Shown here in pieces: positions 1-7,336 of a DNA stretch of 20,470 nt. The notes beneath the pieces were generated by a model. It did not search any database. It saw nothing but the letters and a program-made list of their open reading frames with translations, and was not told the origin of the DNA. Every line of letters begins with the position of its first letter. Position 1 is the stretch's first letter. The DNA comes from Myxococcota bacterium. GTDB taxonomy: Bacteria > Myxococcota_A > UBA9160 > UBA4427. Both the position numbers and the translations under genes were made by a program. The stretch covers positions 1 to 20,470 of the forward strand of contig JAYZFK010000057.1 in the NCBI GenBank assembly GCA_036336835.1, in the 5' to 3' direction.

Positions 1-87
1 TGGCACGAGAAAAAGGACAAGGGCTACATCCGCTGGAAGGTGCCGAGCGAGCCGCCGCCCGACATCGACTTCGAGCCTCGCAGCTAG
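1..87 (+). CDS. 3' end of a CDS entering from the left edge; product unknown
   Basis: Frame 1 reads WHEKKDKGYIRWKVPSEPPPDIDFEPRS then TAG at 85-87, with mostly G/C third positions. Converges on the kinase stop. Confidence 0.6.
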   Translation, partial: WHEKKDKGYIRWKVPSEPPPDIDFEPRS

Positions 88-138
88 GAGCCTGGCCCAA
101 GACTCCCGCGGGAAGCGCGGGGCGGAACACGGCGCGAG

Positions 139-2148
139 TCAGGCGGACGGACTCTCTCCAGCCCCGCCGACGTCGGCGATCAGGTCGCTCACGGCGGCCA
201 GCAGATCCTCCGGCAGGAACGGCTTGCCGATGAAGCCCGACAGCTGCCTTCCGGCGAACGCTTCCGCTGCTCGCTGCTCCGCGTATCCGCTCATCAGCAA
301 GATCCTGACGCTCGGACGGATTGCTCGAATTCGATCGAAGGTCTCCTCCCCGGAGACGCCCGGCATGGTGCGGTCGAGGATGACGACGGCGATTTCGTCC
401 GCGTGCTGTTCGAACCGCTTCAGCCCCGTGTCGCCGTCCGAGGCAAGCAGGACCCGCAAGCCGGCCCGCTCCAGGCAGTCGCTCGTGATCTCCCGGGTAC
501 CGTCGTCATCGTCGATCACGAGGACCATCGAGCGGGGCGGCACGGGCTCTGCCGCCTGGGGAGTGTCCTCCCTTCGGCCAGCCGAGCCCTGCTCCGCCAG
601 CGGCAGCATCACCCTGAACTTCGTGCCGCGTCCGAGGTGGCTGTCGATCTCGATTGCCCCGCCATGCGCCCGCAGGATTCCGAGCACGGACGCGAGCCCG
701 AGACCGCGACCCGTGAACTTGGTGCTGAAGAAGGGATCGAAGATGCGGCGCTGCGTCTCCGCGTCCATTCCGCAGCCGTCGTCCTCGACCTCGAGGAAGA
801 CGTAGGGGCCTGGCCCGAAGTCACTGGGAAACTGTGACGCGTAGCAGTCCGCCTGCTCGCCCGTACCTGTGCGGATCGCGACCGTTCCTCCGTCCGTTCC
901 CGTCGCCTCCACGGCATTCGTCAGCAGATTCATGACGACCTGCGTCAACTGGCCCGGGTCACCGCCCACCAGCGGCAGATCGGAAGCGAGCGCGTAGGTC
1001 AGTGTGGTGCCCTCGCCGATCCCGGCTGAGAGCAGCTGTGACATCTCCTTGACGAGCTTCGACAGATCGAGCGGCTCAACCTCGATCTCGTCCGCGCCCG
1101 CGTACGCCAGCATCAGACGCGTGAGCTCGGCGGCACGCTGCGCGGTTCGTTGGATTCGCTCGAGGCGGAAACGAATCGGCGAGTCCGCGGGCAGATCTGC
1201 CAACGCGAGGCTCGCATCGGCGAGCACGGGGGTGAGCAGATTGTTGAAGTCGTGAGCGACTCCGCCCGCCATCACGCCGAGACTCTCGAGCCTCTGCGCG
1301 TGCTGCAGTCGCGACTCGAGCTCCTTTTGCTTGCTCAGCCCCTCGATGACGGGCGTGAGGTCGCGCGTGAAGTTGAGGAAGTGGTTCCCGCCAGTCGGGT
1401 GTACGTACGCGACTCCTGTGCTCTGGAGATAACGCACCCTGCCGTCCTTGTGCATCGCCCGGTAGACCATACGAACAGGCTTGGGCCCCATGATCGCTAT
1501 GTTGAACTCTTCTTGAAGTCGCTCCACGTCGTCGGGATGGATGGGCTGGAACGCCTCGTGAGCGTGGATCTCCTCGACCGAATAGCCGAGGACATCCTCG
1601 ATGTTGGGGGTCACGAAGATGACGTTGCCATCCGAGTCGCTTTCGAAGACCACGTCCTCACTCGACTCGACGATCACCCGATAGCGGTCCTCGCTCGCGC
1701 GAACCGCTTCCTCGGCCTCCTTCAACTGGGTTATGTCGCGCGCGAATGACACCGTGTGGCCGGTGCCATCCCCTGCGATGAAGCTCGTCGATCCGGCGGT
1801 CTCGATCCACTTCCAGTGGCCATCCTTGTGGCGCGTGCGGTAGCGGACTGGGCCCCGTTCGCTGTCGGGGCTCCTGCGCAGTTCATCGAACAGCCAGAGG
1901 TCGTCCTCGTGGACGAGACGCTCGCCGGGCGAGCCGGTCAGCTCTTCGGCCGTGTAGCCGCAAATGGCCTCTACGTTCGGCGTCACGTAGACGATGCAGC
2001 CTGCTTCGTCGAGCTCGATGATCACCGCGCTCATCTGCTCGAGCAACCGCAAGGACCCGGGGTTGTCCCCGATCGTTCGGAACCACTCCGGGTCGACTGG
2101 ATCGAGTCGCGCTGACTTCCGCGCGCGATCCTGCTTTCGGGCCCTCAT
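139..2148 (-). CDS. Cytoplasmic hybrid sensor histidine kinase (PAS-PAS-HisKA-HATPase-REC), CckA-like architecture
   Basis: Two PAS/PAC repeats (VHEDD..RHKDGHWKW; IHPDD..MHKDGRVRY), H-box VAHDFNNLL, N-box NLLTNA, G1 DDGCGM, FDPFFSTK, GRGLGL, and a C-terminal receiver (VIDDD, ILDRTMP, GKPF). Start placed at ATG 2148 rather than 2301; start uncertain. Confidence 0.93.
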   Translation of the reverse strand: MRARKQDRARKSARLDPVDPEWFRTIGDNPGSLRLLEQMSAVIIELDEAGCIVYVTPNVEAICGYTAEELTGSPGERLVHEDDLWLFDELRRSPDSERGPVRYRTRHKDGHWKWIETAGSTSFIAGDGTGHTVSFARDITQLKEAEEAVRASEDRYRVIVESSEDVVFESDSDGNVIFVTPNIEDVLGYSVEEIHAHEAFQPIHPDDVERLQEEFNIAIMGPKPVRMVYRAMHKDGRVRYLQSTGVAYVHPTGGNHFLNFTRDLTPVIEGLSKQKELESRLQHAQRLESLGVMAGGVAHDFNNLLTPVLADASLALADLPADSPIRFRLERIQRTAQRAAELTRLMLAYAGADEIEVEPLDLSKLVKEMSQLLSAGIGEGTTLTYALASDLPLVGGDPGQLTQVVMNLLTNAVEATGTDGGTVAIRTGTGEQADCYASQFPSDFGPGPYVFLEVEDDGCGMDAETQRRIFDPFFSTKFTGRGLGLASVLGILRAHGGAIEIDSHLGRGTKFRVMLPLAEQGSAGRREDTPQAAEPVPPRSMVLVIDDDDGTREITSDCLERAGLRVLLASDGDTGLKRFEQHADEIAVVILDRTMPGVSGEETFDRIRAIRPSVRILLMSGYAEQRAAEAFAGRQLSGFIGKPFLPEDLLAAVSDLIADVGGAGESPSA

Positions 2149-2389
2149 GGCGGTCAATTCTACTCGATCCCGAAATTTCGTGGTGGCTCGATTGGACCGG
2201 ACTCCCGGCGGGTCGTCTCCGTTCGAGCCCTGCGCGCTGGGTACGAGCCGCGAGGAGGAAACGCCACACGTCCCGGAAATCGGCGATCGACAGCTCGGCA
2301 AGCGAGCAGAAGAGCACGAGGACAGCGTGCGAGCAGCCGAGATCGCCCACTCGGTGCCCGAGGCCCGATCGCTCCACAGTGCGATCTGA

Positions 2390-3598
2390 TTACTCGCGCG
2401 TCAACAACATGCAGCCGCAGGTATTGCCACCACCGGCTGCCGCGATGGCGACCTGCGGGTTAGGCTTGGCGATCTGGCGCGCGCCACCATCGCCGCGCAG
2501 CTGCACACAGGCTTCGTGGAGAAAGCCGTAGCCGTGAAGGCGCCCCGCGGAGAGCTGACCCCCGTGTGTGTTGAGGGGGAGCTCGCCGTCGCGTGCAATG
2601 CGCTTTCCGCCCTCGACGAACGGACCCGACTCGCCGACGCCGCAGAGCTTCAGGGCTTCGAGCCAGGACAGCGTCAGGAAGCTGAAGCCGTCATACAGCT
2701 CCACCAGGTCGACGTCCGATGGAACGAGATCCGTGCGTCGCCACAAGTGCGCGCCTGCGTCGCGCGTCGCCATCGTGGACAGATCGTCGAACTGATCCCA
2801 TGAGGGCCGTCCGTGCAGCGCAGTGCCAACGGCCTCGACGCGGATCGGCGGCCAGCGCAAATCGCGGGCCCGCTCGATCCGCGAAACCACGAAGGCCGTG
2901 GCACCGTCACACGGCACGTCGCAGTCGAACAAGCAGAAGGGCTCGGCGATCATGCGCGCTGCGAAGTAGTCGTCTGGCGTCATCGGCTCGGTGTAGATCG
3001 CCTTCGGATTCAGCGCCGCGTTGGCGCGCGCGTTGAGCGCAATCTGGGCCAGCTGCTCGCGCGTCGTCCCGTACTCGTGAAAGTGACGCTGCGCGAACAT
3101 CGCGATCCAGACAGCGGCCGAGGGCGCCGCGAAGGGCAGCGTCCACTCGGTGAAACCCGACGGTGCGCGCGCAGACGCACGTCCACCGCCTCCGGGCATT
3201 ACGCCCGCGCGACCCTTTTCGCCCTGCGCGCTGCCCTCCCACACGCTGCGAAAGCACAGCACGTGATTCGCGAGCCCGGCTCCCACCGCGAGACAGGCCT
3301 TGATGACCGAGCCGAGCTGTCCGGCTGTCTCGATGCCGGAATCGAACCAATCGAGCTCGAGGCGCAGGGCGTCGTGGACCGCGATGGCGCCGGCACCGCT
3401 GAAGCCCGCCGGCCCCCCCATACCGGGATAGGTCGAGAGCCCGTCGATCTCCTCGATGCGCAGGCCGGCATCCTGGACCGCAGCGAGGCAGGCGTCCAGG
3501 GTGAGCTCGAGCGGATCGCGGAACAGACGCCGCCCTACCTCGGACTGCCCGATGCCGCTGATGCAGGAGCGCCGCTCGATGATCTCGTTGGCGTCCAT
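2390..3598 (-). CDS. Thiolase-superfamily protein (SCP-x/lipid-transfer type) lacking the nucleophilic Cys
   Basis: ISGIGQS, PFCLFDCDVPCDGA, ELYDGF, NTHGGQLSAGRLHG. ATG at 3598 overlaps the DUF35 TGA (TGATG). Confidence 0.9.
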   Translation of the reverse strand: MDANEIIERRSCISGIGQSEVGRRLFRDPLELTLDACLAAVQDAGLRIEEIDGLSTYPGMGGPAGFSGAGAIAVHDALRLELDWFDSGIETAGQLGSVIKACLAVGAGLANHVLCFRSVWEGSAQGEKGRAGVMPGGGGRASARAPSGFTEWTLPFAAPSAAVWIAMFAQRHFHEYGTTREQLAQIALNARANAALNPKAIYTEPMTPDDYFAARMIAEPFCLFDCDVPCDGATAFVVSRIERARDLRWPPIRVEAVGTALHGRPSWDQFDDLSTMATRDAGAHLWRRTDLVPSDVDLVELYDGFSFLTLSWLEALKLCGVGESGPFVEGGKRIARDGELPLNTHGGQLSAGRLHGYGFLHEACVQLRGDGGARQIAKPNPQVAIAAAGGGNTCGCMLLTRE

Positions 3599-4041
3599 CA
3601 GCAGCGCTCTGAATCGGGCTCGAAGAGAGGGATCCACACGTCGCCGCCGTCGTCTGGATGGTGCTCGAAGACGACGCGAACGGGCATCCCGATGTGGACG
3701 TCGCGCGGCTCGACGTTCACGAGGTTGGTCATCAAGCGGACGGACGGGTCCTCCTCGATCTCGACGATCGCCACCACGTAGGGGAGCTCGGGGCCCGGCA
3801 TCCAGGGCTGGTGGTTGATGGTGAACGTGTGGACGCGCGCGCGGCCCGAGACAGCCTGGGGCTTCAGGTTCTTGGAATGGTCGCGCGGACAGATGGGCTG
3901 CGGAGGGTGGATCCAGCAGCCGCAGTCCCCGCACTGCAGGAAGGTGAGCTCCCCCCGCTCGCCAGCGGTCCAGAAGAAGCTGCTGCGCGTACCGAGCTGG
4001 GGCAGCATCCGAAACGGGAGTTCGATCTCGCTCTGACTCAC
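3598..4041 (-). CDS. DUF35 Zn-ribbon/OB-fold protein (thiolase partner)
   Basis: FFW..GEL..QCGDC..HPP..CPRD, VSGRARVHTFTI, PYVVAIVEIEE, IGMPVRVVF. GTG 4041 has GAGAGG 6 nt upstream. Confidence 0.9.
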   Translation of the reverse strand: MSQSEIELPFRMLPQLGTRSSFFWTAGERGELTFLQCGDCGCWIHPPQPICPRDHSKNLKPQAVSGRARVHTFTINHQPWMPGPELPYVVAIVEIEEDPSVRLMTNLVNVEPRDVHIGMPVRVVFEHHPDDGGDVWIPLFEPDSERC

Positions 4042-4080
4042 CACAGGCCTCTCACACGCGGACCGACGCGCCAACGCACC

Positions 4081-4086
4081 ATCCTA
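4081..4086 (-). promoter_or_regulatory. Candidate -10 element (TAGGAT) for the DUF35-thiolase unit
   Basis: ATCCTA on + equals TAGGAT on -, in the divergent gap about 40 nt upstream of the DUF35 start. The same hexamer precedes the ADH gene. Confidence 0.4.
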
Positions 4087-4171
4087 ACCAACCCGGACCA
4101 GACGCGAGCAGCGAAATCGACGGCCGCAGGTCGCGACGCGCCCAGCTCACCGCCTCGTGTATGGTGGAGCG

Positions 4172-5521
4172 ATGGGCGAGACCGCTCACCGCGACCTCTC
4201 GCCTGCCGGTCATGGCGAGACGGGCCACGGGGGGTCAGGGCATTCGGCGCCCTTTTCGGGCCGGCGCATCGTCCTGCTCGGGGTCATCGGAAACGCGCTC
4301 GGCACCGGCCTCATCGGCGTGTACGGGTTCATGGTCTCACCGCTGATCGAGGAGTTCGGCGCCACGCCGGCGCAGCTCGGTCTCGGCATGTCGATCGCGA
4401 TCCTCTCGATGGCGGCCTTCGCTCCCGTGCTGGGTCCCTTGTTCGACCGGGGTCATCTGCGCAGCACCATGCTGGCGGGCGTGGCGATCATGTTCTCCGG
4501 CATGCTGCTGATATCGCGGGGCTCGGCACTCTGGCAGGTTGCGCTCGGCCTGGCGGTCGCGGCCGCCGGGACGTCGATGTACGGCTTTCTGCCCGTGCAG
4601 GTGATGATCGTGAACTGGTTCATCCGCAGGCGCGGAACGGCGCTCGCCATCGCGGCGGCCGGGACGAGCCTGGCCGGCTTCGCGGTACCACCCGTCACGG
4701 CGTGGCTGATCGAGGTCGCCACCTGGCGTGGCGCCCTGGTGTGGCTGGCGGTTGGCGCCGCCGCCGTCGCCGCACCCGCCATTGCGCTACTGGCCGTTCG
4801 CCGGCCCGAGGACGTGGGACAACATCCCGACGGCGATGCCGCGGCCGCATCAGTCCTGGCTGACGAATCGTCTTCGGACTCGATTGCCCTCTCGCAGCTC
4901 GCGGGCCAGGCCAACTTCTGGCTGATCGGGATCGGCCTCGGGCTGGCGCTGTGCGTTCCGGTCGGCAGCAGCGTCTTCTTCGTGCGCCACCTCGAGGAAC
5001 TCGGCATTCCGCGCACCCAGAGCGCACTCGTCATGCCCGTGATGGCGGCCTGCGGCCTGGCGGGCAAGCTCACTGTCGGCTTCCTGGCAGACCGCTACGA
5101 CCGCCGGCTGCTGGCCGTGGCCGCGCTCCTGTCACACGTACTGGGGCTGTCGATCGTCGCCACCGGCACGACGCTCGGCACCATGTTCGCGGCCGCGCTG
5201 CCGATGGGGCTGGGTGGCGGCGGCTTCATGCCGCTTCCCGGCATCCTCCAGGGCGCGTGCTTCGGCCGTCTGGTAATCGGCCGCGTCAGCGGGCTGCACG
5301 CCTTCATGGGACTGCCATTCCTGCTAGCCAGCGCGCCACTCGTCGGTCTGGCGGCCTCTCACACCGGGAGCTTCGTGCTGCCCTTCCTGGGGCTGGGCTG
5401 CATTCAGCTGCTGGCGGCCGGCCTGTTGGCGTGCATACGCATCCCGCAGACCGAGCCCGGTCATGCCGGCGCCGCAGCGCCGCTCAGCCAACGATCGGGG
5501 TCGCCGGGCCCGCCCGCCTAA
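4172..5521 (+). CDS. MFS transporter (OFA/MCT-like)
   Basis: About 12 hydrophobic segments; motif-A-like GPLFDRGHLR and GFLADRYDRR; NWFIRRRGTALAI. Start ATG 4172 (alternative GTG 4157). Confidence 0.9.
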   Translation: MGETAHRDLSPAGHGETGHGGSGHSAPFSGRRIVLLGVIGNALGTGLIGVYGFMVSPLIEEFGATPAQLGLGMSIAILSMAAFAPVLGPLFDRGHLRSTMLAGVAIMFSGMLLISRGSALWQVALGLAVAAAGTSMYGFLPVQVMIVNWFIRRRGTALAIAAAGTSLAGFAVPPVTAWLIEVATWRGALVWLAVGAAAVAAPAIALLAVRRPEDVGQHPDGDAAAASVLADESSSDSIALSQLAGQANFWLIGIGLGLALCVPVGSSVFFVRHLEELGIPRTQSALVMPVMAACGLAGKLTVGFLADRYDRRLLAVAALLSHVLGLSIVATGTTLGTMFAAALPMGLGGGGFMPLPGILQGACFGRLVIGRVSGLHAFMGLPFLLASAPLVGLAASHTGSFVLPFLGLGCIQLLAAGLLACIRIPQTEPGHAGAAAPLSQRSGSPGPPA

Positions 5522-5640
5522 CGGCAGCATCCTGGGTTGCCGGCGTCCCACCGACCGACAGGCGCTTGCGCTCGTCGGGCGCATGGACCGCGGCGGCTCG
5601 GATCGGGAGTCCGGCTCCCGATGCCTTGCCCCGAGTCGCC
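5522..5640 (+). other. Three tandem stem-loops downstream of the MFS stop (terminator-like or stabilising structure)
   Basis: CGGCAGC/GTTGCCG (5522-5542); CCGAC-GGCG-CTTG-CGCT-GTCGG (5555-5578); GGCGGCTCGG-ATCGGGAG/CTCCCGAT..CCGAGTCGCC (5592-5640). No clear U-tract. Confidence 0.4.
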
Positions 5641-5665
5641 TCCCTCCCTGCTGTTCGGCAGCGTG

Positions 5666-5693
5666 TTGACGATTGGTCGAACGTCGCTATTCA
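5666..5693 (+). promoter_or_regulatory. Candidate sigma70-type promoter for the SDR
   Basis: TTGACG (5666-5671), 16-nt spacer, TATTCA (5688-5693), in a locally AT-richer patch 50 nt upstream of ATG 5744. Confidence 0.4.
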
Positions 5694-5743
5694 AACGAAC
5701 CCACGCGGTCCACAACGCCCGCGGGCCAGACGAGGATGGAACG

Positions 5744-6513
5744 ATGAGTGAGATCCGATTCGACGGTCGCGTGGCGATCATCACAGGCGCCGGCAATGGC
5801 CTCGGCCGTCGCTACGCGCAGTACCTCGCAGCGCGAGGCGCCAGCATCCTGGTCAACGATCTGGGCGGCGGGACCGACGGTAGCGGTGACAGCACCCGCC
5901 CCGCCGATCAGGTCGCCGAGGAAATCCGCAGCGCCGGGGGCGAGGCCACGGCCTGCTACGAATCGGTCGCATCGGCACGTGGCGGCCAGGCCATCGTCGA
6001 GGCCGCGCTCGGCGCCTACGGCAAGGTAGACATCGTCATCAACAATGCGGGCATCCTGCGCGACGCCTCACTGGCGAAGATGTCGGCCGAGAACTTCGAC
6101 GCCCTGATCGACGTCCACCTAAAGGGCGCCTTCTACGTGACGCAGCCCGCCTTCAAGGTGATGCGAGAGAACGGCTACGGTCGAGTCGTCTACACGGCTT
6201 CGGGAGCGGGTGTCTTTGGAAACCAATCGCTCGCACCCGCCTCACCGAGAACATGATGGGCGCCTCCGGCGAGACGTTCGCACCCGAGTACATCGCTCCG
6301 ATGGTCGCGTACCTGGTCTCCGAGCAGTCTCAGATCACCCACGAGATCTTCAACATCGGCGCGGGCCGCTACTCGCGGATCTTCGTCGCCTCCACGACGG
6401 GCTGGAAGGCGGGAGAGGGCAGGCATCCGAGTGTCGAGGACATCCGCGACCAGCTCGCCGCGATCCGCGCCACCGACGAGTTCACCATTCCGGCGAACGC
6501 CGCCGAAGCATAG
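5744..6513 (+). pseudogene. SDR (HSD17B4/MFE-2-like hydroxyacyl-CoA dehydrogenase type) disrupted by an internal deletion and frameshift
   Basis: N-terminal part has ITGAGNGLG, VNDLGG, NNAGILRD and TASGAGVFGN, then stops at 6256. The C-terminal part (PIARTRLTENMMG..PEYIAPMVAYLVSE..) starts at 6223 in another frame. The YxxxK segment is absent from both frames. Confidence 0.85.
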
Positions 6514-6521
6514 TCCGCGGG

Positions 6522-7142
6522 CTAGAAACGCAACGCGATACCACCGGTGATGTGGTTGGTCTCGACCGTGGTCTCGACGTTCGCGACCTTCGCATCCACG
6601 TCGGTCCGGCGGTACTCGGCAAACAGCCCGAAGCCTCCCCCGAGCACGACCGCGACGCCTGCGCGGATGTCGAGGCCCAGGTCGAACCCGACGTCCACGC
6701 TGCTGTTCGAGCTACTCGTCAGCACTTCGGTCAACAGTGCCGGACCGACGCCGGCGTACGGCTGCACGCGCCCCCCTTCGTGGCCTTCGCCGACCCACAG
6801 CGGGATCCGCACCATCACCAGGGGCGTAATCGGGATCATGTGCAACTCCAGGGCGCCGCCCACAGCCTCGGCGCGGAAGTACGACAGGTCGCCGGCCAGG
6901 CCGAACCACTTGAGTGGCCCCCCGAACCAGCGGCCAACGCGGACGCCCCCAACGACCGAGGTGTCCCAATCCGCCGGGATACTCGTCGTGACTCCGAATG
7001 TGTCGATTTCCACCGTCGAGTCCTCGGTGAAGGCACCACCGAGATAGATGTCGAACATCGTCTCCGCCTCCGCAGATCGAGCATTTCCGAACGCCAAGGT
7101 TGCGATCGATATCACGAGAACGAAGCGTTGCGTCAGCGCCAT
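6522..7142 (-). CDS. Outer-membrane beta-barrel protein (small OmpA/OmpW-like barrel)
   Basis: Signal peptide MALTQRFVLVISIATLAFGNARSAEA, alternating strands (VQPYAGVGP, GLFAEYR), C-terminal Phe (GGIALRF). Purine-rich GGAAGGGGG upstream of ATG 7142. Confidence 0.85.
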   Translation of the reverse strand: MALTQRFVLVISIATLAFGNARSAEAETMFDIYLGGAFTEDSTVEIDTFGVTTSIPADWDTSVVGGVRVGRWFGGPLKWFGLAGDLSYFRAEAVGGALELHMIPITPLVMVRIPLWVGEGHEGGRVQPYAGVGPALLTEVLTSSSNSSVDVGFDLGLDIRAGVAVVLGGGFGLFAEYRRTDVDAKVANVETTVETNHITGGIALRF

Positions 7143-7166
7143 CCCGGCCCCCCTTCCGATCGTCCA

Positions 7167-7188
7167 TGCGAAAATTCGCAGACTAGCA
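7167..7188 (-). promoter_or_regulatory. Extended -10 (TG-C-TAGTCT) with an adjacent palindrome TGCGAA-AA-TTCGCA upstream of the OMP gene
   Basis: Reverse complement of 7180-7188 is TGCTAGTCT. A perfect 6-2-6 inverted repeat at 7167-7180 covers the expected transcription start. Confidence 0.45.
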
Positions 7189-7336
7189 GCCCCCGCCGTT
7201 GCGGGAGTTCGCGTTGCGGCCTCGGCGCGACCCGTGTGGGCGGGCTCGGCGCGGGCCGGTATCATGCGATCGACGCAGGTCCAACACGGGCCCGGGGGGA
7301 TGCCGTGAACCAGTTCGCCTGCTGCGCCGAAACGGC

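Noticed and set aside
2149..2301. N-terminal extension of the kinase ORF (720 aa call)
   Set aside because: Low-complexity S/P/G/R sequence with no domain features; more likely the promoter region.
3599..3934. Apparent 514-aa thiolase, suggesting a DUF35-thiolase fusion
   Set aside because: The extension is an Arg/Pro-rich off-frame read of the DUF35 gene. The TGATG overlap supports two genes.
6214..6226. Programmed -1 frameshift at T GGA AAC restoring the SDR
   Set aside because: Imperfect slippery heptamer, and the shifted product would still lack the YxxxK segment.
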